Part shown: positions 50,657 to 59,059 of the stretch, one piece after another
Layout: each line of letters begins with the position of its first letter
Position numbering within the stretch: position 1 is the first letter of the stretch
From: an uncultured Methylococcaceae bacterium
Lineage (GTDB): Bacteria; Pseudomonadota; Gammaproteobacteria; Methylococcales; Methylomonadaceae
Length of the DNA: 64,000 nt
Assembly: GCA_913056195.1 (NCBI GenBank)
Contig: CAJXMF010000001.1
Coordinates: 36,270-100,269, forward strand
Reading direction: 5' to 3'
Position numbers and translations under genes: made by a program
Notes under the pieces: model-generated
The model's input: the letters and a program-made list of their open reading frames with translations, nothing else
Told to the model about the DNA's origin: nothing
Database searches by the model: none

Positions 50657-51235
50657 ATGCTTATAAATCAACATTATATATCGTCCGCAACAATTATGGC
50701 CTCGCCTAACTTTGACGACAGACCGAATCCTGTGGACATTTCCTTGCTGGTCATTCATTGCATCAGTCTGCCACCGGGTCAATTTGGCGGCAATGCAATT
50801 GAGCAGCTTTTCTGCAACCGGCTTGATCCGAATCAACATCCCTATTTTGAGGAAATTTATACCTTAAAGGTATCCGCACATTGTTTGATTCGACGTAACG
50901 GGGAAATTATTCAGTTCGTCGCCTTTGACAAGCGGGCGTGGCATGCGGGTGTCTCGTATTATCAGGGTCGTAAACGCTGTAATGATTTTTCTATCGGCAT
51001 AGAGCTGGAAGGTGACGAGTTAACGCCCTATGAAGATATTCAATATCAGAAATTAGCTCAGTTGAGTGCTGTTTTATTGGCAGAGTATCCCAAGTTACAA
51101 CGCCAGCATATTGTCGGGCACAGCGACATCGCACCGAATAGAAAAACAGACCCGGGCGACAGTTTTGATTGGCTCCGGTTTAATGACTATCTGGATCAAC
51201 GACTTTATAAGCATTCGATAACTTCTTCGCAATGA
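50657..51235 (+). CDS. ampD: 1,6-anhydro-N-acetylmuramyl-L-alanine amidase AmpD
   Basis: SPNFDDRP, LLVIHCISLPPGQFGG, AWHAG.S, GIELEG and GHSDIAP.RKTDPG. Divergent from nadC, as in E. coli. Confidence 0.9.
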   Translation: MLINQHYISSATIMASPNFDDRPNPVDISLLVIHCISLPPGQFGGNAIEQLFCNRLDPNQHPYFEEIYTLKVSAHCLIRRNGEIIQFVAFDKRAWHAGVSYYQGRKRCNDFSIGIELEGDELTPYEDIQYQKLAQLSAVLLAEYPKLQRQHIVGHSDIAPNRKTDPGDSFDWLRFNDYLDQRLYKHSITSSQ

Positions 51236-51325
51236 CAAAGCTTCATTCAAATATGAATAAAGAACAAACCCTGATTCCTAACCGTTTTATATCAAATATC
51301 AATAACTACATATCTTAATTCACAC

Positions 51326-52072
51326 TCAAGTTGCCAGCGTATCCATCAGATCAATCATAAATTCAGTCTCTTCATCATCCACTTTTTCCCAAGCACTAAA
51401 TCCCAGGCTTTTTAGAATAGCGACACCTTTTTCATCATGATGCATCGCTGTCAATAATTCTGTCATGGCATCGCGTTGATGCTGAAATTTGGGTCCAACC
51501 AACAGTGCGTGATGAATGACACTGATTTGACTGCGCACCAGAACTTTAAGTTGATTCTTAATCAGATTAGAAAGGTCATCAAAGGCCTCAGCCAGAAAAA
51601 TACCGACATCGGCTTCATTTTTCAGCAGATGTTTTGCGACAACAGGATAAGAGCCTGCTAATACGGGCGTAATATTCTCGCTGTTAAGGTCGGCCGGTTC
51701 CAGCATAATCATACCCATGAGCCGAACATCGGGATCGTCGGTGTAAGCGACTCGAACGCCTTGTTTCAATTCCTCCACAGCGTTCACCGCAGAGCTTTCT
51801 GCAACGGCGATGATGGCTTCATCGGATTCACCCGCCGCTTTGGCGACGGGTAAAAATCCTTTTTCGCGTACCAGCATGGCTGCATCGTAAGGGTTGGCAT
51901 AAATCAAATCAATTTGATCATTGTGTATGGCCGCATGTAACTCATCGAAATCATTAAACATTTCCAGATGAATAGCCTCGCAGGTTTGTCTTTGCAGCCA
52001 GGTATTAAAAATGTACCAGCCAGAGATGTGATCAGGAGAAAAGTCAGGGCTGACGGTAAACGTATAAGACAT
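51326..52072 (-). CDS. PhnD/phosphonate-binding-like periplasmic-binding-protein fold, without signal peptide (cytoplasmic)
   Basis: 248 aa. The type-2 PBP pattern is LIYANPYDAAMLV...G...V; the N-terminus MSYTFTVSPDFSPD has no hydrophobic leader. Last gene of the GTPase operon. Confidence 0.55.
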   Translation of the reverse strand: MSYTFTVSPDFSPDHISGWYIFNTWLQRQTCEAIHLEMFNDFDELHAAIHNDQIDLIYANPYDAAMLVREKGFLPVAKAAGESDEAIIAVAESSAVNAVEELKQGVRVAYTDDPDVRLMGMIMLEPADLNSENITPVLAGSYPVVAKHLLKNEADVGIFLAEAFDDLSNLIKNQLKVLVRSQISVIHHALLVGPKFQHQRDAMTELLTAMHHDEKGVAILKSLGFSAWEKVDDEETEFMIDLMDTLAT

Positions 52073-52087
52073 AGCAAACTCCGTAGC

Positions 52088-52564
52088 TTAAAACAGGGTG
52101 GGATACAGCTGGATGCATTCTTCAACTTTTTTGCGCGAGGGCTTGCGCCGTACCGACGTGTAACCCACCACTGATCCTTTTCGGATATTTGGAATCACGG
52201 TGGCTTTTACCCAGTAAAACCCACCATCCTTACGTAAATTTTTTACAAATCCTTGCCATTTTTCACCCTTTTGAACGGTGTTCCACAAATCCTTGAATGC
52301 GGCAGGCGGCATGTCCGGGTGTCGTAAAATGCAATGCGGTGCACCGATAAGTTCCTCTTCCGTATAACCCGACATTTCGACAAAAGACTTGTTGACATGG
52401 GTAATAGTACCGTCCAGGTCTGTGGTGGATACAATCAATTTTCCATCGGGATAAGGCGTTTCAATATCGGTATAGAGAATTCTGCGTTTAATCGAGTTAT
52501 ATAGCTGTAAATAAACTTCTTTGAAATCGCCGACTATATCATCAGGCTGCATATCAGAAATCAT
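52088..52564 (-). CDS. Stand-alone Aer-type (putatively FAD-binding) PAS domain protein
   Basis: The start is taken at ATG 52564 after the strong RBS AAGGGGAGG. STTDLDGTITHVNKSFVEMSGYTEEELIGAPHCILRHPDMPPAAFKDLW...W.G.VKN.RKDG..YWV matches the Aer PAS signature. Confidence 0.75.
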   Translation of the reverse strand: MISDMQPDDIVGDFKEVYLQLYNSIKRRILYTDIETPYPDGKLIVSTTDLDGTITHVNKSFVEMSGYTEEELIGAPHCILRHPDMPPAAFKDLWNTVQKGEKWQGFVKNLRKDGGFYWVKATVIPNIRKGSVVGYTSVRRKPSRKKVEECIQLYPTLF

Positions 52565-52580
52565 AAGACCTCCCCTTAGC

Positions 52581-52943
52581 TTACAACAATTCAGCGATAC
52601 TTTGTGCGGCGCGTTTAACATCCAGAAAAATCAGCCCCAGCTTGGCATTCGCTTTTGCCATGACAGTGAGAACCGCTTCATTGCCTGCATAGGTCATCAA
52701 AACATAGCCGTGATCGCCTTTGATCAAAACCTGCTCCAGCGTGCCGCGATTCAATTCTTGTGCGGTTCTGTCGCCTAATGACAACATGGCCGCACTCATG
52801 GCACCGACCCGATCTTCATCCAGTTCGGCCGGTAAAACCGAGGCCATCATTAAACCATCTGTTGAAATAACGCCGGATGCTTCAATGTCGCCGGATGTCC
52901 CGTTTAATTCGACCAATATTGAAGTTAACATATCGGATTTCAT
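52581..52943 (-). CDS. Roadblock/LC7 (MglB/CvnB-like) domain protein
   Basis: 120 aa. GVISTDGLMMASVLP...DEDRVGAMSAAMLSLGDRTAQEL..G.LEQVLIKGDHGYVLM is the canonical Robl pattern. Confidence 0.8.
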   Translation of the reverse strand: MKSDMLTSILVELNGTSGDIEASGVISTDGLMMASVLPAELDEDRVGAMSAAMLSLGDRTAQELNRGTLEQVLIKGDHGYVLMTYAGNEAVLTVMAKANAKLGLIFLDVKRAAQSIAELL

Positions 52944-52959
52944 TTAATTTCTCCTGTTT

Positions 52960-53616
52960 TTACGATGATTGAGAAGTCTCTGTTGTGGCATAACGAACGC
53001 TCAAGGCCCAGACTAGGTTGACAAAATCGGGGTGATTAAAAAAAGGGGTTCCTGCGATGACCAGCATAAAACGATAACCGCCAATATAAAGCGGCCAGAA
53101 CCCCAGTTGATTATTGCCATACGCATCGACAATTCCCCAGGACTGGCTGGCTATGCTCAAGTTGTTTTTTAACAGGCCGGAGCGACGCTTATGGATAATC
53201 GCCAGTTCTGCGCTGAGTGCCGATAATTCTTCGGCTGTTTCGTGCGGGAACCCTTGGCTGCCAAGGTAAAGCCCTTGTTCATCGGCCAGCAGTGATTTTT
53301 CCTGGCTGGAAAAAGAGGACAAAAGAGTCGGTAAAAAATCTTCCAGGGTTGCATTCGGGGCGGTCAAAGGTTTTTTTAAACCCTGTATCCAGCCTAATTT
53401 CTGGCAATGATGTAACAGGTTTAACGCCTGTTCTTCGTCATCGGTTTGCATTAAGTGTTTTAAGCTGTCGATTGACAGTGCAGGCGTTGTTCGCTCGCCC
53501 AGTAAATGCTGTAAAAATTGGCGACTTTTATTGTCTTCGTGTTCAGAAACGGAAAAATAGGTACCGGTCGGTGAGGGATAAAGGAATAAGTCTTTAGCCA
53601 AGGTCAATTTAGCCAT
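52960..53616 (-). CDS. Hypothetical protein; the C-terminal half resembles a divergent Roadblock/LC7 fold
   Basis: 218 aa. SLLADEQGLYLGSQGFPHETAEELSALSAELAIIHKR...WGIVDAYGNNQLGFWPLYIGGYRFMLVI follows the Robl secondary-structure logic. The start codon abuts the GTPase stop. Confidence 0.45.
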   Translation of the reverse strand: MAKLTLAKDLFLYPSPTGTYFSVSEHEDNKSRQFLQHLLGERTTPALSIDSLKHLMQTDDEEQALNLLHHCQKLGWIQGLKKPLTAPNATLEDFLPTLLSSFSSQEKSLLADEQGLYLGSQGFPHETAEELSALSAELAIIHKRRSGLLKNNLSIASQSWGIVDAYGNNQLGFWPLYIGGYRFMLVIAGTPFFNHPDFVNLVWALSVRYATTETSQSS

Positions 53617-54159
53617 TTAATCATCTCCTTCAATACCAGGATCAATCGAGAACAGTAAAGATTGAACGAGTATGGAAACATCACGAGAATTTCTGGCATC
53701 GACTGCAAAAACCGGATGCTTAACATTCAGTTTATTAAGTTCCTGATGATAGTGTTCGATAGTAGGTGTTGCTTTCAAGTCCATTTGCGTTACCCCGATA
53801 GCCACACTGGTTTGCTTGATGAAATCATCAAAGGCATTGATGAAAAAATTGAGATCCTGAAACGGATTTTTTCGGCTGTTGTCTAACAGCAGGATCAAGC
53901 CGATTCCACCCTCGATCAGAATATCCCACATAAAATCGAAACGCTCCTGCCCCGGTGTGCCATACAAATGTATCTTGTCGCCATCTGGCAGGTTCATGAC
54001 ACCGTAATCCATCGCAACCGTGGTTTCGGCTTTTCGGTCTTTCGTCATATCCGATGCCGAGGCATCGGTTTTGACCGGTTTAATATCACTGATGCTATGG
54101 ATCGCGGTGGTTTTGCCAGCACCGACAGGTCCTGTGAAAATTATTTTATGCTGAATCAT
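53617..54159 (-). CDS. Small P-loop GTPase of the COG2229 / conservon CvnD type
   Basis: G1 GPVGAGKT, G3 LYGTPGQERFDFMWD (Asp-less, as in MglA/CvnD) and G4 VTQMD; 180 aa. Confidence 0.8.
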   Translation of the reverse strand: MIQHKIIFTGPVGAGKTTAIHSISDIKPVKTDASASDMTKDRKAETTVAMDYGVMNLPDGDKIHLYGTPGQERFDFMWDILIEGGIGLILLLDNSRKNPFQDLNFFINAFDDFIKQTSVAIGVTQMDLKATPTIEHYHQELNKLNVKHPVFAVDARNSRDVSILVQSLLFSIDPGIEGDD

Positions 54160-55348
54160 CGTGATTTTTGGCGCGTAATTTATTTAATAGTTTGTTTAAC
54201 AAACCGCTTGATTTTATTTTCTTTTTTGGTGTTTCCTCAGGCCCATATTTTCGCTCTATCTGGGCCACCAGGTTTAATGCCTGACAGCCGCTGATAAACA
54301 CAAATACATACTGTGGCCCGATATTAAGCGTTCTGGCTACATCTAACATGGATTGTGGTTGTTGCATCAATAATGCGGTGATTCTCAAGGCATGAGGGGT
54401 AATCACCAGCCGGGTAAAATTAGGCCAGTGTTTTAAAACAACAGGCTTTGCAGGATCGATCTGTTCAGGATAGCGCCCCTTCGATGTCCAGATTGCCAAT
54501 TTCCATAAAAAACTTTCTTCATCCTGAAACTTGTCACTGGCCTGATTGACTTTTGTTTGTTGCAGATTGACCGGTAAAACACGAACTTTGCTTTCTGAGG
54601 TACGGCTGATTTTCAGGCTGGCGAAGGCGCGTAATTGATGGTCGCTGGCATCCAGCCAGATTTCATGGCTGTGTGGAAAAATAAGTAAAGGCCGCCAGCT
54701 GGCATCGACTTGTAAGGCTTGTTTCTTGTGACGGGCGACAGTGATTGCATGGTAAACAGAACCTAAAAGATAGTCGCCAGGCGAAAAACGGGCCTGATCA
54801 ATTTGCGCAGGATCTTCTATATTGATTGTTGGCATTAAACCGATAAAGCGGGTAAAACCTTTTTCATTAAACTCTTCCGCCGGGCGTGTGTGATTTTCTA
54901 GCGGCTTGATCGGCGAGCTTGGCGTTTTGTCGGTCGCTGCAGGTGATACTTTTGCGTGAAGTGCAGAGGACTTGGGCGCGGCTTCAATTTCTTTTTGTAT
55001 GGGGGGCGACTTTAATTGCAACTGACATTGCATGATAACTTGAATAATACCGTCTCTCGTCAGAGGCTTTTTCAGAAACAGATAATCATGCTCGATTGTA
55101 TTTGGCTTGTTTTTCAAAGATACAATCACAAGAATTCGCTCAGGGTGTTCTGCGCGTTGCTTTGCCAGTATTTTATCGGCACCGGCAAAATCAATATCGA
55201 TTAAATCAACATCAGGGCTATCGGCATCGTTCACAATTTTGATATGTTCAGAAATCTGCTTAAAAAACACGCATAGCATTTTATGTGTGCTTTGCGGAAC
55301 ACCGTGAATGGCGATTTTTATATCTTTATCATTCTCGCGCTGTTTCAT
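54146..55348 (-). CDS. Atypical receiver (REC-like) domain protein with Pro/Ser/Ala linker and an unknown C-terminal domain
   Basis: REC-like landmarks DLIDIDF, LVIVS and FLKKPLT are present. The N-terminal acidic pair is replaced by HGVPQ. A low-complexity linker SPPIQKEIEAAPKSS...SSPIKP precedes a ~230-aa domain I cannot place. Confidence 0.5.
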   Translation of the reverse strand: MKQRENDKDIKIAIHGVPQSTHKMLCVFFKQISEHIKIVNDADSPDVDLIDIDFAGADKILAKQRAEHPERILVIVSLKNKPNTIEHDYLFLKKPLTRDGIIQVIMQCQLQLKSPPIQKEIEAAPKSSALHAKVSPAATDKTPSSPIKPLENHTRPAEEFNEKGFTRFIGLMPTINIEDPAQIDQARFSPGDYLLGSVYHAITVARHKKQALQVDASWRPLLIFPHSHEIWLDASDHQLRAFASLKISRTSESKVRVLPVNLQQTKVNQASDKFQDEESFLWKLAIWTSKGRYPEQIDPAKPVVLKHWPNFTRLVITPHALRITALLMQQPQSMLDVARTLNIGPQYVFVFISGCQALNLVAQIERKYGPEETPKKKIKSSGLLNKLLNKLRAKNHDDSA

Positions 55349-56040
55349 GACGGCTTATCGCTAAAGTATTGTTGGAGTTGTTGCCATTCCACAATCAACG
55401 GTCTGTCTTTTTGTTCGGCCTGGGTAAAAATATCTGAAAAACGCTGACGATTATCGGTCGATCGATAAATTTGTAGTAATAAATGCTGGAGGTCTTCGTT
55501 ATCATCAGTAAACAGGGCTTCTTCGAGCAGGTCTATGGCGTGATCGACCTGGCTGTATTCAAGATAACTATGCGCGAGCGACAAGGTATCAACGGAATCA
55601 TCAAGCGAAGCTTGGTGCTGTGTTGTAATCAGTTCAGATTCTGCTATCCGCCCTGTGGCAAAAAGGCTGTATTTTACCGTTTGCAGCGTATGCAGATGTT
55701 TCTCGTCCACTGCGTTTTCCAGTAAGTTACGTTGCTGCGCAGACAACAGACTCTGGCTGCCGCTTATCATGCGCTTGATTAAGGCTTGCCCCTTGCCCTG
55801 AAGAATAATCAATAAATCCGTGAGGGCAGCGAATAAGTGATCGGCTTGTTGCTCAGTAAAACAGTAATAAATACGTTGAACATGACAAAGCAAATCGTTT
55901 GGTGTTCTGGAAATATGATGCAGCATTGTTTCCAGATCAAACGATAAACTTCCATTAAAAACACAGGCTCTGAATATAAAAGGCCGATCTTCAGCTGTTT
56001 TGTTGTCTTGAGATTCTTCAATAACAGGGAGGCTAAGCAT
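55345..56040 (-). CDS. Hypothetical protein with FimV-C-terminal-like helical motif
   Basis: 231 aa. LSLAHSYLEYSQVDHAIDLLEEAL resembles the FimV C-terminal TPR-like motif. Has an ATGA overlap with the next gene. Confidence 0.4.
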   Translation of the reverse strand: MLSLPVIEESQDNKTAEDRPFIFRACVFNGSLSFDLETMLHHISRTPNDLLCHVQRIYYCFTEQQADHLFAALTDLLIILQGKGQALIKRMISGSQSLLSAQQRNLLENAVDEKHLHTLQTVKYSLFATGRIAESELITTQHQASLDDSVDTLSLAHSYLEYSQVDHAIDLLEEALFTDDNEDLQHLLLQIYRSTDNRQRFSDIFTQAEQKDRPLIVEWQQLQQYFSDKPS

Positions 56041-56133
56041 CGATAAACCCTAAAAAACATAATCAAATTAAGCATAGGTTAAGGTTGATGCTTTTTGAAT
56101 AGTCAGACTACAAAGTGTGAGACAGATCTAAAT

Positions 56134-58428
56134 TTAATTTTTAAGCTTATCTGTATTTTCAGCCTGCTGGATAATCAACGGGCACAGCATAAAACCGATC
56201 AAGACCCCTAATGACACGACCCCGGCCAGGATTTTTAGTGAGGTACTTTCAGCCGCCAGCAGACTGCCGAAGGCCAGTGCGCTGGTCAGCATGGAGACAG
56301 TCATCGCCTGATAGGTCACTAAAATATTTCCGCCGCGGTTTTCCTGATAAAAAATACCGTAGTCGACACAAATCGCGACAACCAGTAAAAAAGCGACTAA
56401 ATGGAGAAAGCTGATGGCGACACCTGCAATGGCCCAGGATGACAAAATAAACAAGGCGGCTAACAGGGCCGGCAACAAGGTCGAGACTGTCATCGTCAGG
56501 CTGCGATAGCGATGTAGCATCAGCAGCATAATCAGGCCTACGCCTGCCAACAGCAGCTTTTTGGCCATTTGCGTATAGTCGTTGAGCATGGCATTCAATA
56601 AATCACGCTGACTGAAATAGCGTGCATGGCTCCAATCAGAAAACGCCTGGCGAACAATTTCAGGCGTATGTTGCGATAAGCCAATCAGAATAATTGTTTT
56701 ATCCGCCTGTTGCATGATGCGACTGTCGAGCAAATGTTTGACTGGTGTTTTAAATATTACATCCAGCGTCAATGGTGGGTTGGAAGGATAGTTCAAATGG
56801 CCTAATTTAGTGACGGATAAACCTTCCTGTTGTAATGCGTCCTGCCAGTGCTTTATGTTTGTCGGCGTCAGCTTGGCCTTTAGGGTTTTCTGGTTCAGAC
56901 GCTGTTGCTGACTGGACAGCAACCAAGGGAAAAGACCGAAATATTCGCTAAGTGCCTGCTGTTGCTTGAGCTGATCAAGACGTTTATAAACCTGCTCGGC
57001 ATGGCGTAACGCCAATTCAGTGGTGTCGCCTGACACCAGAATGAAGCGGCCTGGCTCGATGCTGGTCATGCGGGCGCGAATACGGCGGTCTTGCTGCTTT
57101 AGATCATCAAGTTCCGGCGTGAGTTGCTGCATATCCTGCATCCATTGCAGATGGCTCAGTGGCCAAATGGCGACCATTAAAAAAACAGCAATCATTGTCC
57201 AGCCGATTTTACGATAACGCTGACACAAATGTATCCAGCTTTGAATGCCGACGATTCTGACCGGTTGCGCGGATTGAATCACCAGTGCCGGTAGCATGAA
57301 GCGCGTGATCAGTAGAGCGATAACAATACCGCTCGCTGCAAATACAGCGACTTGTTGAAAACCGGGATACCCCGACACGCCCAACGCCAAATAGCCGATC
57401 ATAGTGGTTACCCCCCCAAGTAACATACTCGGCCAGATTTGCACAATGATGCTCCGGGGCGGTTGCTGTGACGATTGCTGCGCATGCACGAGTGCATGAA
57501 TCGGGTAATCGATACAAATACCGACCAATGTCGCGCCGATGGCGATGGTCATACCGTGGATATAGCCAAAAATACTGGCAGTGATCAGAATCGCGCTCAG
57601 AATCACAATCGCTAACAGGGTAAATACCTGAAACATTTGAAAAAGCGAGCGGAACGCCCACAAAAACAGAAGCATCAAGGCCAGCGAAGAGACGACACTG
57701 ATTTTGATAATATCGCCTTGAATCAGACCTTGGGTCGTCACGGCAAAAACCGGTACACCGGTCATTTCCAGCTGATAATTCTGATTGGCGTTCAAGGCCT
57801 TGAAACGCGCCAGAATAGCCTGTTGAATAGCTTTTTGCGCCGCGGTATCCATACCCGAAGGCCGGGTTTCTAAAATCAGATTTTGATAGCTTGTTGTGGG
57901 TTGGGCTTTGAATTTTTTCGCCAGGCCTTGAAAGCCGTTAAGAGTTAACAACAAAGGATCTTGCAAGGCAATCGGCTTAATCAAAGATGCTTGCGGCGAC
58001 AGTAATGCCTGTTTTAAAAAATGCGCTTTTTGATGTAATCCCTGTGTTGAGAACAGTGTGTTTAAATCGTCTTCGGGATGCAAACTGTAAATAGAATTGG
58101 CATGATTAACATATAACGTCTGCAAAGCATTTAGTGCCTGTTTTTTTTGTTCAGGATTCCAGACATCGGTGACCTTGTCGATGCGCTTTAATTGCGCAAT
58201 CAATTGCTGGATAAATTGTGGCTCAACGGCCTGGTTCGTGTTGGAGGTGATAGCAATTAAATAACGTCGCGACAAATTACCTGATTGCATGGCGTGGGCT
58301 AGCAATGCTTCATCGGCATTTTTACCGCTGACAATAAAGGTGGACAGGTCGGTTTTAAAGCTGACGCCGTTATAGGTCAGCGCGGCTAACAGCAAGGGTA
58401 ATCCGTAAAATAAAATGCGTAACAGCAT
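56134..58428 (-). CDS. MMPL/RND-superfamily predicted exporter (COG4258-like)
   Basis: 764 aa with two blocks of ~6 TM helices, each preceded by a large periplasmic loop. The architecture and neighbours match exporters of aryl-polyene-type clusters. Confidence 0.75.
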   Translation of the reverse strand: MLLRILFYGLPLLLAALTYNGVSFKTDLSTFIVSGKNADEALLAHAMQSGNLSRRYLIAITSNTNQAVEPQFIQQLIAQLKRIDKVTDVWNPEQKKQALNALQTLYVNHANSIYSLHPEDDLNTLFSTQGLHQKAHFLKQALLSPQASLIKPIALQDPLLLTLNGFQGLAKKFKAQPTTSYQNLILETRPSGMDTAAQKAIQQAILARFKALNANQNYQLEMTGVPVFAVTTQGLIQGDIIKISVVSSLALMLLFLWAFRSLFQMFQVFTLLAIVILSAILITASIFGYIHGMTIAIGATLVGICIDYPIHALVHAQQSSQQPPRSIIVQIWPSMLLGGVTTMIGYLALGVSGYPGFQQVAVFAASGIVIALLITRFMLPALVIQSAQPVRIVGIQSWIHLCQRYRKIGWTMIAVFLMVAIWPLSHLQWMQDMQQLTPELDDLKQQDRRIRARMTSIEPGRFILVSGDTTELALRHAEQVYKRLDQLKQQQALSEYFGLFPWLLSSQQQRLNQKTLKAKLTPTNIKHWQDALQQEGLSVTKLGHLNYPSNPPLTLDVIFKTPVKHLLDSRIMQQADKTIILIGLSQHTPEIVRQAFSDWSHARYFSQRDLLNAMLNDYTQMAKKLLLAGVGLIMLLMLHRYRSLTMTVSTLLPALLAALFILSSWAIAGVAISFLHLVAFLLVVAICVDYGIFYQENRGGNILVTYQAMTVSMLTSALAFGSLLAAESTSLKILAGVVSLGVLIGFMLCPLIIQQAENTDKLKN

Positions 58429-58432
58429 ATAT

Positions 58433-59059
58433 TCAGTGTGTGGATTGGGTTAATTGTCGGAGCAGATTCTCAATTTCTTGCTCAACCTTTTCACCTTCGG
58501 CTATTTTAGACAAGCTCATGATACTGCTGTCGCCATCGGCCTGCTGGATGTCGATACGATTAGCGGGCCGTTGCAATGGGCCACTGATAATAATCTTGAA
58601 GGCGGAATCAGGATCGTTTTTATCCTTTAAAATCAGCTGCCATTGATCGGCCTGGCTCAAGAAATCCAGTTGATAAAATTTCTCGAGAAGCAGCATATCC
58701 TGGCTCATCAGGGCCTTGAACACCGCAACATTCAGACTGAATGGGTGACTCTCATCGAGCAAGCCCTGATGGCGTAGCTGATTTTTTACATCGTAATAAA
58801 AAAGCTGCTGCCCGATAACCGCCATCAATACCCGTTCCGGTTTGAGCTGTTGTTTAATCATCACCCCCTCCTTTGGCAAGGAATACAAAAAACCTTCACC
58901 ATGCCAGGGCTGCGCCATCAGAGTCAGATCCTTACGTTCTTGATAAGCTAACTTTACGGCGCTGTCGGTGTGCATTCTTTTCAATACCGCAGGCAAGCTA
59001 TCGCGGGCATGAGCTGCGAAACTGATGAACAACAGGAAAAACAAGCCAAAATAGTTCAT
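58433..59059 (-). CDS. LolA-like outer-membrane lipoprotein-carrier-fold protein
   Basis: Start at ATG 59059 (ATGA overlap with the upstream stop). Signal peptide MNYFGLFFLLFISFAAHA and a beta-rich ~200-aa body in the position of the COG2834 protein. Confidence 0.55.
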   Translation of the reverse strand: MNYFGLFFLLFISFAAHARDSLPAVLKRMHTDSAVKLAYQERKDLTLMAQPWHGEGFLYSLPKEGVMIKQQLKPERVLMAVIGQQLFYYDVKNQLRHQGLLDESHPFSLNVAVFKALMSQDMLLLEKFYQLDFLSQADQWQLILKDKNDPDSAFKIIISGPLQRPANRIDIQQADGDSSIMSLSKIAEGEKVEQEIENLLRQLTQSTH

